Below the pieces are notes generated by a model. It saw only the letters and a program-made list of their open reading frames with translations, was not told the origin of the DNA and ran no database searches. Position numbers and translations under genes: made by a program. Of a stretch of DNA of 64,000 nucleotides, positions 54,415-62,497 are shown one piece after another. The stretch is from Candidatus Saccharibacteria bacterium RIFCSPHIGHO2_12_FULL_41_12 (GTDB taxonomy: Bacteria; Patescibacteriota; Saccharimonadia; Saccharimonadales; 2-12-FULL-41-12). The stretch covers positions 40,462-104,461 of the forward strand of contig MGCQ01000001.1 in the NCBI GenBank assembly GCA_001790445.1, written 5' to 3'. Within the stretch, counting starts at the first letter, position 1, and every line of letters starts with the position of its first letter.

Positions 54415-55098
54415 TTAGATTATCTTTCGATTTAATTCATCTTTATTGTACGTTCTTTTGCCAAAATCGTCAACTCTTTTCGCTCCTCTATTAAAGCTAT
54501 ATCTATTCAAATTATCTTTAACGACCGAAACAACGTATACTTTATCCCCTAAATCATCAATGATCTTTTGTACGTTGTTCGGCACCTCTTCGCATGCTTT
54601 TAAGAATCCTTTTCTTTCGATACCTCGTTTTGTGTCAATTTCTCTTGCTTTAGTAATATCCCAAGCCACAAGAGGATCTTGATAGATATAGAATAAGCCA
54701 ACAAAGTATCCATGGTTAAGAGCTCTTTGAATATTGTGTGCACCTTTGCTATGAGCAAAGGTGCCGTCTAGAGCAAAATTATATTTCTTTTCTGTGACAA
54801 TATCTAGAGTCTTCTCGATTATTGGATTAGCTGAATCGCGATACATATAATATTTGTCAGCACTATAATTTTCAAAATATTCCACGATAGTATCTAGGTC
54901 AATTTTGACGAATGGATCAGGTGAGCTTGCGAGAAATTGCTCAAGGAACTCTGTTTTTCCTGCTCCTGGAATACCTGCCATAAAAATAGCAATAGGCTTA
55001 TCTACAGGCACCGCACCTGAAGCTGAAATAATCTTTTCAGCTATCTTCTTACGATTCTTCTTTGCCCATTCTTTATTATTGATAACCCTCATGTTCAC
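54415..55098 (-). CDS. Zeta-toxin-family P-loop kinase-like protein
   Basis: Walker A FMAGIPGAGKTEF; ~227 aa with zeta/AAA_33-like layout. Confidence 0.7.
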   Translation of the reverse strand: MNMRVINNKEWAKKNRKKIAEKIISASGAVPVDKPIAIFMAGIPGAGKTEFLEQFLASSPDPFVKIDLDTIVEYFENYSADKYYMYRDSANPIIEKTLDIVTEKKYNFALDGTFAHSKGAHNIQRALNHGYFVGLFYIYQDPLVAWDITKAREIDTKRGIERKGFLKACEEVPNNVQKIIDDLGDKVYVVSVVKDNLNRYSFNRGAKRVDDFGKRTYNKDELNRKII

Positions 55099-55163
55099 TA
55101 TTATACTTCAAATTCATGACCGTTTAATATATAATTAACACCTGTAGTTGGTGGAAGCTTGAA

Positions 55164-55240
55164 GGTCGAATCCCTCCACTTAACAATTCGAACCCCCACG
55201 TTAGGGTATAATAATGTGTGTTGATGGGATGTGGCCAAGT
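55164..55240 (+). repeat. Direct repeat unit a (T-arm remnant, promoter, and 5' start of tRNA-Gln)
   Basis: Appears identical by eye to 55363-55439 (offset 199 bp). Confidence 0.85.
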
Positions 55241-55377
55241 CGCACTGGCACCAGTTTTTGGTACTGGCATTCGGGGTGAGAACTGCCAGTCGGCAGTTTG
55301 CAAGGAAATCTTCCGATGCCAACTGGTTTGGCAATCGCGAAGTTTCGGACCTGCCAAAGGTAGGTCGAATCCCTCCA
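55225..55377 (+). pseudogene. tRNA-Gln-derived pseudogene interrupted by the 87-nt module E1
   Basis: The 5' half matches tRNA-Gln except for the D-loop. The insert follows GCATTCGGGG. The 3' acceptor strand (CACTTAA) cannot pair with TGGGATG. Confidence 0.7.
55277..55363 (+). repeat. 87-nt structured module E1
   Basis: 80/87 identical to E2. Hairpins AACTGCC/GGCAGTT and TGCCAA/TTGGCA. Confidence 0.8.
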
Positions 55378-55439
55378 CTTAACAATTCGAACCCCCACGT
55401 TAGGGTATAATAATGTGTGTTGATGGGATGTGGCCAAGT
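55363..55439 (+). repeat. Direct repeat unit b
   Basis: See unit a. Contains TAGGGTATAAT (-10 at 55406-55411) 12 nt upstream of the intact tRNA-Gln. Confidence 0.85.
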
Positions 55440-55498
55440 GGTAAGGCACCAGTTTTTGGTACTGGCATTCGGGGGTTCGAATCCCTCCATCCCAGCCA
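55424..55498 (+). tRNA. tRNA-Gln (UUG), CCA encoded
   Basis: TGGGATG...CATCCCA-G-CCA, anticodon loop TT-TTG-GT, T-arm GGGGG-TTCGAAT-CCCTC. Confidence 0.9.
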
Positions 55499-55536
55499 TC
55501 CTCTGTTGTGACCCGTTTTGGGTCACTACGGAGGAT
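55498..55536 (+). other. Hairpin immediately 3' of tRNA-Gln
   Basis: ATCCTC/GAGGAT outer stem and GTGACCC-gtttt-GGGTCAC inner stem. Confidence 0.5.
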
Positions 55537-55572
55537 AATTGTGGATCAAGAGGGATCCGAACACCCGAGTGT

Positions 55573-55692
55573 GCATTCGGGGCGAGGACTGCCTGTCGAC
55601 AGTTCGCAAGGAAATCTTCCGATGTCAACTGATTTGGCAATCGCGAAGTTTCGGACCTGCCAAAGGTAGGTCGAATCCCTCCATCCCAGCCA
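55573..55692 (+). other. tRNA-Gln fragment: GCATTCGGGG, module E2 (55583-55669), then T-loop and correct 3' acceptor strand with CCA
   Basis: The flanks match tRNA-Gln exactly, apart from G for T at the first T-loop base, but no matching 5' acceptor, D arm or anticodon arm lies upstream. Confidence 0.7.
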
Positions 55693-55946
55693 AAAGACTT
55701 CTTCTTCGCGACCCTTTACAGACGCAACTTGATGAAAACATTGGCTGATAGGTAACTGAGGTGTAAAGAGGTATAATAGTTATAGAAATCCAGGCGATTC
55801 ATGCCGGTTGATATATAAATTGGCATTTCTCTTCTCGAAAGAGATTCATTACTGTAATTAAGAAAGGCTAGCTTATTAATATTCTATTTATTAGTCCGAA
55901 CTCTCCGCTCGAAAGCGTAGGCGGCATTGAGCGTTATCTAGTTAAT

Positions 55947-57068
55947 GTGATTGAGTACAGCAAAAAACAAACTAAGTTCAAAACGATTGTGCTATTGCCT
56001 ACCGGTAAAGAAAACTATGTTGAAGAAGACGGTAGTGTAGTTACTTATTTCGACAAAAATATTGAATTAACAAAAAATAATTATGGCAAGGTAATGAGTA
56101 GGAAAGCTCAAAAGTTTGCCAAGAAGGTAGAAGAAATCATCCTAAAACATAAAATAGATATAATTTGTGCCGAGAACTTTCCCGTCGGTCTGCCGCCAGC
56201 CTACAGCATATTGCTTAACATGGTAGCCGTTCGATATAAAACCCCTCTAGTTTTAAGGATGCACTCTTTTGCGGCTTCAGAACTTCAAACCGAGCTTATT
56301 AATCAACTTATGTGGAGCAAGATCAGTTGTGTCAGTAAAAGTGTCGCTGGGGATTGTTTTCGAAAGGGCGCGAACATAGATATCCTATCAACCGATTATT
56401 TAGGAGTGAACACGAACGTCTTTAATAACAATAGCCACGTCAACAATACAGCGAAGGAACGATTGCAGCTTGTACCCGAAAACAAAGTAGTCCTAACAGC
56501 CACCAGGATTATTCAAGGGCGGAATAATATTCTTAAGGCAAAAGGGCTTATTAACTTGGTCCAAGCATTTTCAAAACTTTCACTCAGACACCCTGATTTG
56601 CGACTGGTTATTGCGGTTGCTAAAGCACCCGATAGACTAAAAGACGAATTCGATAATGCATATACGATGCTTTTGGGGTATATAAAACTTCATAATATTG
56701 AGTCCAAGACTATAGTCAAAACCTTTATGTTAGATGAGATACCAGAGGTTTATAAAGCATCAGACGTATTCGTATTAGCCTCTGAAAACGAAACGTTCGG
56801 CCAGGTCTTTATTGAGGCGATGAGCTCTGGCTTACCAGTCATTGGTACGAAGGTCGGTGGTATCCCAGAAATTATTAGTGATTCGTATAATGGCTATTTG
56901 ATTCCGCCCAACGATGTCAGTAGCTTAGCCCAAAAAATAGCCAAGCTTCTCAATGACCAACCAACTCGGGATAAGTTTATAAAAGCGGGGGTTAAGACCG
57001 TTAATAATAAATTTACGCTAGAAAAACAGCTAGATAATTTTATTACGATGTTAAGAAAAACTGCTTAA
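55947..57068 (+). CDS. Family-4 (GT-B) glycosyltransferase
   Basis: ETFGQVFIEAMSSGLPVIGTKVGGIPE motif. GTG start. Confidence 0.85.
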   Translation: MIEYSKKQTKFKTIVLLPTGKENYVEEDGSVVTYFDKNIELTKNNYGKVMSRKAQKFAKKVEEIILKHKIDIICAENFPVGLPPAYSILLNMVAVRYKTPLVLRMHSFAASELQTELINQLMWSKISCVSKSVAGDCFRKGANIDILSTDYLGVNTNVFNNNSHVNNTAKERLQLVPENKVVLTATRIIQGRNNILKAKGLINLVQAFSKLSLRHPDLRLVIAVAKAPDRLKDEFDNAYTMLLGYIKLHNIESKTIVKTFMLDEIPEVYKASDVFVLASENETFGQVFIEAMSSGLPVIGTKVGGIPEIISDSYNGYLIPPNDVSSLAQKIAKLLNDQPTRDKFIKAGVKTVNNKFTLEKQLDNFITMLRKTA

Positions 57069-57228
57069 TTTGTCCTGTTTACTCTTGGGGAAGGTTTCAG
57101 ACCAATATGCTCAACCATACAAAAAGACTGTCTCTAGACGGTTTTCTTTGGTTGATTGGTATTGCTATAATATAGGTATGGTCATTGTCGGATGCCATGT
57201 ATTGGTTTTTACCAAAGTTTGGTGAGTT

Positions 57229-59427
57229 ATGGTTAAGCAAAAAATTATTATTGTATCTAACAGGTTGCCTATCAGCGTGTCGAAGGTTAATGGCAAGCTC
57301 AAATTTACAAATAGTGCAGGGGGGTTGGCCACTGCTGTATCATCACTTGGCGGTAATGCCAGCGACCATCTTTGGATCGGTTGGCCAGGAATAGCCTCTG
57401 ATGATTTATCACAAAAAGACCGCAGGCAGATCACCACTCGGCTGCACCGTGATGGTTGCTACCCCGTATTTTTAACCAAAAAACAAGTAAAAAAATTCTA
57501 CGATGGTTATTGTAATGCTACTATCTGGCCACTGTTCCACTACTTCCAGACTTTTACTAACCACAACGATGACTTCTGGCGAAGCTATAAAGAAGTAAAT
57601 GTTTTATTCAAAAAAGCCGTGCTTCATTACGCTACTCCTCAAACCAACATCTGGATTCATGACTATCATCTGATGCTTTTACCCAGTTTACTGCGAAGCG
57701 CTCTACCTAAAGCATCTATCGGTTTCTTTTTGCATATACCGTTTCCGTCTTTTGAGCTGTATAGGCTATTACCAAACCGCCGTTCGATTATAGAAGGACT
57801 TCTTGGTGCTAATTTGATTGGATTCCACACCTATGACTATGTGCGCCACTTTCTAAGTAGTGTTCAACGAACAACTGGTTTCGAAAGTGAGAGAGGTATC
57901 ATAACACTAGCTGACAGGACAGTCACTGTCGACGCTTTTCCAATAGGGATTGATTATGAGAAGTTTTCTGACACAGCAAAAAGCGACGCTGTTCTTAGAG
58001 AAACCAAATTACTGGGCGAACATTATAAAGATATGCAAATAATCCTGTCCGTTGATCGGCTTGATTATTCAAAAGGTATCCCCAGCCGTCTGGAAGCATT
58101 TGAGCTTTTTCTCAAACGCTACCCACGTTTTCATAAAAAAGTCGTGCTGGTGTTGGTCGCCGTACCGTCACGTGTCACTGTAGAAGCTTACAAAAATCTG
58201 CGCGCTGATGTCGAACAAACTATCAGCCACATCAACGGTATGTATGGGACTGTAGACTGGACGCCTATTTCCTATCAGTTCAAAAACATTGAGTTCGAGC
58301 AGCTTGTGGCATTGTACCAAAGGGCAGATGTTGCCATGGTTACTCCACTAAGAGACGGGATGAATCTGGTCGCCAAAGAATATATTGCATCCAAACAAAA
58401 ATCAACAGGCGTGCTTATTCTCAGCGAACTCACAGGCGCAGTAGACGAACTACATGAAGCCGAGCGTATTAACCCAAATGACTCACAAGGCATAGCTACC
58501 ATCATCAAAAACGCACTGACTATGCCAAGGAGCAAACAACGTGAAAAACTACATTCTATGCAACAACGTTTGCAGAGCTATAGTGTCCAAGAGTGGGCTA
58601 CCGACTTTACAGATCAGCTTAAGCAGTCGACCAAAGTCCAAGCCCAACTTTCAGACAAATTACTATCTACCGCCACCACGAAAAATATTGTTCGAGCGTT
58701 CATGTCTGCCAAACGACGCACACTACTGTTGGATTATGACGGAACGCTAGCAGACTTTGTCTCTAGCCCATTGCATACCAAAGCACCCCCGAGCAAAGCA
58801 CTTTTAAAGGTTCTCGAAAAACTGGCAAAACAGCCCAGGACCAATGTGCATATTATTAGCGGACGAACCCGCGAGGCATTGGATGTTTGGTTTGGTCATT
58901 TGCCATTGTCGCTAGTGGCAGAACACGGCTTTTGGGTAAAAAATAATAAGACTTGGGCACAAGAAGACGTTGCATTCAAAAAATACAAAAAAGATATCAT
59001 TTCAGTCATGGAAGGCTACGCCCAGCGCACACCTGGCGCGCACATAGAAGAAAAAGATTTTTCTATTGTCTGGCACTACCGCAACACACCGCCAGAGCTT
59101 GCTTATGCCCGCAACGCCAGTCTGCAACATGACTTGCGCCATGTTCTCAATAACGACGAGATCCAAATAGTCAACGGTGACAAAATCATAGAGGTAAAAC
59201 CGCAGGGAACAAACAAAGGCACCATAACCAATGAACTTTTGGTTGAGAACAAGTCCGATTTTGTACTTTGCATTGGCGACGACGCCACAGACGAAGACAT
59301 GTTCAGGGCGCTCCCAAAATCTGCCTATTCTATAAAGGTGGGACTTGGTGAAACCCGCGCTCGCAACCAACTGCCATCTGTCAACAAAGTCCTGAACCTT
59401 CTAAAACAACTCTCTCAAGCCAAATAA
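57229..59427 (+). CDS. otsA: Bifunctional trehalose-6-phosphate synthase (GT20) / trehalose-6-phosphate phosphatase (HAD)
   Basis: N-terminus IIVSNRLPISV...GGLATAV. C-terminus LLLDYDGTL and GDDATDEDMF (HAD motifs I and IV). Confidence 0.9.
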   Translation: MVKQKIIIVSNRLPISVSKVNGKLKFTNSAGGLATAVSSLGGNASDHLWIGWPGIASDDLSQKDRRQITTRLHRDGCYPVFLTKKQVKKFYDGYCNATIWPLFHYFQTFTNHNDDFWRSYKEVNVLFKKAVLHYATPQTNIWIHDYHLMLLPSLLRSALPKASIGFFLHIPFPSFELYRLLPNRRSIIEGLLGANLIGFHTYDYVRHFLSSVQRTTGFESERGIITLADRTVTVDAFPIGIDYEKFSDTAKSDAVLRETKLLGEHYKDMQIILSVDRLDYSKGIPSRLEAFELFLKRYPRFHKKVVLVLVAVPSRVTVEAYKNLRADVEQTISHINGMYGTVDWTPISYQFKNIEFEQLVALYQRADVAMVTPLRDGMNLVAKEYIASKQKSTGVLILSELTGAVDELHEAERINPNDSQGIATIIKNALTMPRSKQREKLHSMQQRLQSYSVQEWATDFTDQLKQSTKVQAQLSDKLLSTATTKNIVRAFMSAKRRTLLLDYDGTLADFVSSPLHTKAPPSKALLKVLEKLAKQPRTNVHIISGRTREALDVWFGHLPLSLVAEHGFWVKNNKTWAQEDVAFKKYKKDIISVMEGYAQRTPGAHIEEKDFSIVWHYRNTPPELAYARNASLQHDLRHVLNNDEIQIVNGDKIIEVKPQGTNKGTITNELLVENKSDFVLCIGDDATDEDMFRALPKSAYSIKVGLGETRARNQLPSVNKVLNLLKQLSQAK

Positions 59428-59546
59428 TACACCAGCTAAAAAATCTGGGTAAAGCAGCAATAATTTGAGCAATAGTCCTTGCCCAATGGGAGTATACTAT
59501 AGGTAGAGACAAATTTGCGTCTCGCTAGTAACCAAGGAGGTGAGTT

Positions 59547-59903
59547 ATGCCAACTGAATCAGAAAACAGGGAAGAACGCGAAGAACAACGAGTAGAAGCA
59601 TCAAACGAACGAAAACGCGAAGTCAGCAAAGCATCTCAGATAGTAGGGTTTATCACCGGTTTGTTAGCAGCAGTACTGATGCTTCGAGTCGTCCTGGCTC
59701 TGATGGGAGCGAATCTAGAGAATCAATTCGCTGACTTTATCTACAGTGTCACAGATCCATTCGTAGCACCTTTTCGTGGCCTGTTACAAGTAGGCGAGTT
59801 CAATGCAGGAGTTTCTCGTTTTGAGCTAGAAACAGTGATTGCAGCATTTATTTATATACTAATCGGCTGGGGGATCATGTCAGCCATACGCCTAGCCAAA
59901 TAA
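59547..59903 (+). CDS. YggT-like small membrane protein
   Basis: Two TM helices with FIYSVTDPFVAPFRG between them, which is YGGT-like. Confidence 0.5.
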   Translation: MPTESENREEREEQRVEASNERKREVSKASQIVGFITGLLAAVLMLRVVLALMGANLENQFADFIYSVTDPFVAPFRGLLQVGEFNAGVSRFELETVIAAFIYILIGWGIMSAIRLAK

Positions 59904-59934
59904 ACAATAAACCAAAAGATATCCACAGGTGCTA

Positions 59935-59963
59935 TTGACATTGTTAAAACGTAGTAGTATTAC
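59935..59963 (+). promoter_or_regulatory. Putative promoter giving a leaderless mRNA for the 59970 ORF
   Basis: TTGACA, 17 nt, TATTAC. The ATG lies 6 nt after the -10. Confidence 0.45.
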
Positions 59964-59969
59964 ATAGTT

Positions 59970-60569
59970 ATGGCAGAAGCCGCCAGTCCAATACAAACAT
60001 CAGCAGAAACACAAGAACAGCTCCAACCACCATTGATTTTATTGCCAATTCCAAATTCGCTAAGTCCAGCAGACACAAGTGTGCTCGCATTAAGAGAAAC
60101 ACTTATCGGAGAGATTAATGATTCTAGCAGAATACCCAAAAATGAAGCCTTAGTCTCAACTGAGTGGGACGGACAAACTCCACCTAAAGCGACAAGTATT
60201 CGTCAATTATGGATTCCAGTTGAAAATCCCTGGTTGCCTAATCAAACACTTAGAGTAGCACCAGGGATAGTTGATTCATCTGGCAATAACAAATCATTTG
60301 TACTTTTCACCAAAGAAAACATATATAGGACTAGCGTTTTGGGATTTATTTATGGCATCTTTGGTAGCAGAAGACTCATGATGCGTACAGATGATCATAA
60401 TAGAAAAAACGAATTTTCTGCTTGTGACTGGAGTGACCCAAATGCCCAAATATTTTTAAAACTGACTGAACGCGTGTTAAAGAATTGTCTACAAAAGCCA
60501 CAAGACAAGGCTGGTAGCAGACAAAAGTTTTGGCCAAGTATTGTATGTCAATTATTAAGATCATCCTAA
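59970..60569 (+). CDS. Hypothetical protein (199 aa)
   Basis: ORF only. Confidence 0.5.
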   Translation: MAEAASPIQTSAETQEQLQPPLILLPIPNSLSPADTSVLALRETLIGEINDSSRIPKNEALVSTEWDGQTPPKATSIRQLWIPVENPWLPNQTLRVAPGIVDSSGNNKSFVLFTKENIYRTSVLGFIYGIFGSRRLMMRTDDHNRKNEFSACDWSDPNAQIFLKLTERVLKNCLQKPQDKAGSRQKFWPSIVCQLLRSS

Positions 60570-60600
60570 AAACATCATTCGTGCTTATTAGATTATAATA

Positions 60601-60629
60601 TTGACAATTGTTGTAATTAGATTTACACT
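60601..60629 (+). promoter_or_regulatory. Putative promoter (near-leaderless) for the 60639 ORF
   Basis: TTGACA, 17 nt, TACACT. The ATG lies 9 nt after the -10 with no SD. Confidence 0.45.
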
Positions 60630-60638
60630 AAGGTCATT

Positions 60639-60953
60639 ATGCCTGAAACATCTAGTGAGATTAGACCAGATAACAACGATGCTATTGGTAATGCCACTAG
60701 GTTTGCTGTTGCTGCGTCAGCGATAACTGCCATTGGCACAGATATTGCAGCCTTCTTGGGAGGCAAAGAAATCATTGCTGCTAACAAACCAGACAAAGCT
60801 GTGCTTTTTGGCTTAATTGGCGGTGTAGCTCTTATAGTGAACGGGCTTGCTGGAAAAATTTATAGAGTAACAACCCAAAACAGCCATGCACGAGATCAAG
60901 CCCAGCAAGAACTAGCGACGACAGTACCTCTACACGAATCATCTGAGCTATAA
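60639..60953 (+). CDS. Hypothetical small membrane protein (104 aa, 2 TM)
   Basis: ORF with two hydrophobic Ala/Gly-rich segments. Confidence 0.5.
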   Translation: MPETSSEIRPDNNDAIGNATRFAVAASAITAIGTDIAAFLGGKEIIAANKPDKAVLFGLIGGVALIVNGLAGKIYRVTTQNSHARDQAQQELATTVPLHESSEL

Positions 60954-61212
60954 GATTACCTCTTAACTACATTGATAGTGGACTTGGGGTAATATAATCA
61001 GCATTATATAGTTGGCGCAAGATTTAGTAGAATATCTTGTTTAATATTTATGGTTGCTTTCCCATACATACCATTGGTTAGTGAAATTCTTGAGAAGCTA
61101 CATCTTTACAAACCGTTCCAACGCAAGTAGATATTTAATAAGTACATTGAGTGATTAGAATAAATCAATTTTAGGGAGTATCCTACAGATAAGCAACTTA
61201 TTGCTTTTATGC

Positions 61213-61241
61213 TTGTATTATATTATGTTCTATTGTATAAT
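61213..61241 (+). promoter_or_regulatory. Putative promoter of the GGDEF-like gene
   Basis: TTGTAT, 17 nt, TATAAT (61236-61241). GAGGAG SD before ATG 61272. Confidence 0.4.
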
Positions 61242-61271
61242 ATTACAAGTTAGAGGAGAATTTAGCTTATT

Positions 61272-62420
61272 ATGGCAGGAGTACCCGCAGCTGGCCCCGA
61301 AACAGACGCACAGCTTTTAGAAAGTGCCCTTGAGGCATACGCTGGAGAACAGTATGTGCGCGATTTACAGCAACCATTTATCGAATTAGCGAATGCTGCT
61401 CCACCAGATGCACCTGACGACCCAGAGAACGCCTCAGTGCAGAGAATTTACGAAAGGTACAACCGTAATCCTGACAGTGAATGGCTTTTTGTGGTTGCTG
61501 ATAGAATCGGGCATCTTGCTACGTATTGGGCAAATCCTCCAGAACATTCAGGCATTGAAAAACCAATAGATGTTACTACTGCCGAAAAAATCGATATTGG
61601 TGATAGTTCTGAGGCCACAGAATTATTGTTAGAAGCCGTGTACGCACACATATTAGATAAGGCAGAGAACGATGAGCTGATACTTGACGAGCTTGAGTTT
61701 GCAAGAAATGAATATGATAAATTTACACCGACCGATGATGCTTACGCTACAGGAAAAAATTTAGGCAGATATATTGGGAAGCTATGGAAACTCCAGTTTC
61801 ATGCTAGTGCCGAAATAAGAGAGAATACTGATCCATGGACACATCTTAGAAACCGAAGATCTTTATCAAGATTTCAAGTACGCAACGAGGACGAGCATGG
61901 AAGACTTAAAGATGCAAAATACATGATGATAGATTTAAATGACTTCGGAGAGACAAATAAAATTGGTAAAAAAGGACACACTCACGGGGATATGATGTTG
62001 CTTATGGCCAGTGGCTCACTGCAACATGCTGCCAAAGTATGCGGGATCGATCTAAACTTATTGTTCCGAGGGAAATTTGGCGACGAGTTTGTTGTTGTAG
62101 TTCCTAATGCTGTAGACCCAGATGCTGCTGATCTTGATGTTATAGATCCTGATGAAGATATAGGCGGTCAGTTCTTAGAGATAGCTCAACAAATTTTCTC
62201 AGAAGGCCTCCACAGAGATGATAGTTCTTTAGAGGAGGGAATTCGTGAACACAGGGGGATATATGCTGATGCGTCTGGAGTATCTATCGTCAGCATAAGC
62301 GGAGCCATAGCTGATACACTTGCGGAAGCAGACAGCTCGGTACAAGGGGTAAAAAAAAGAGACAAAGAACGCAGATTAGCTGAATACGCAAAAACTAGGG
62401 GTGAGTACCCAACTAGTTAA
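61272..62420 (+). CDS. GGDEF-domain protein with degenerate signature (FGDEF) and unknown ~200-aa N-terminal domain
   Basis: DPWTHLRNRRSL, MIDLNDFGETNKIGKKGHTHGDMMLL and RGKFGDEFVVVVP follow the diguanylate-cyclase fold pattern. Confidence 0.75.
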   Translation: MAGVPAAGPETDAQLLESALEAYAGEQYVRDLQQPFIELANAAPPDAPDDPENASVQRIYERYNRNPDSEWLFVVADRIGHLATYWANPPEHSGIEKPIDVTTAEKIDIGDSSEATELLLEAVYAHILDKAENDELILDELEFARNEYDKFTPTDDAYATGKNLGRYIGKLWKLQFHASAEIRENTDPWTHLRNRRSLSRFQVRNEDEHGRLKDAKYMMIDLNDFGETNKIGKKGHTHGDMMLLMASGSLQHAAKVCGIDLNLLFRGKFGDEFVVVVPNAVDPDAADLDVIDPDEDIGGQFLEIAQQIFSEGLHRDDSSLEEGIREHRGIYADASGVSIVSISGAIADTLAEADSSVQGVKKRDKERRLAEYAKTRGEYPTS

Positions 62421-62459
62421 TAAAATTTTACAAAAACCCATTTATATAGTTGCTTATGC

Positions 62460-62488
62460 TTGCTAAGAAGTAAAACAGATAGTATAAT
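62460..62488 (+). promoter_or_regulatory. Putative promoter (near-leaderless) of the ParB-like gene
   Basis: TTGCTA, 17 nt, TATAAT (62483-62488). ATG 62498 lies 9 nt downstream with no SD. Confidence 0.45.
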
Positions 62489-62497
62489 ATTGCGAAC

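Noticed and set aside
55101-55640. 179-aa minus-strand ORF, plus the overlapping 82/84/71/69-aa ORFs in the track
   Set aside because: They lie entirely within the tRNA-Gln repeat region. Their apparent internal repeats mirror the duplicated tRNA and 87-nt module sequence. There is no start context and no protein-like composition.
55277-55669. The 87-nt module as a group I intron, or the 55499-55692 segment as a tmRNA or two-piece tmRNA
   Set aside because: It is too short for a group I intron and sits in the T arm rather than the anticodon loop. For tmRNA there is no G3:U70 alanine identity pair, no matching 5' acceptor strand and no tag reading frame.
55750-55946. Possible riboswitch in the ~200-nt region upstream of the GT4 gene (hairpins CTCTT/AAGAG and CGCT-cgaa-AGCG)
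   Set aside because: Only short generic hairpins are present. I could not match any riboswitch consensus by eye, so support is insufficient without a covariance-model scan.
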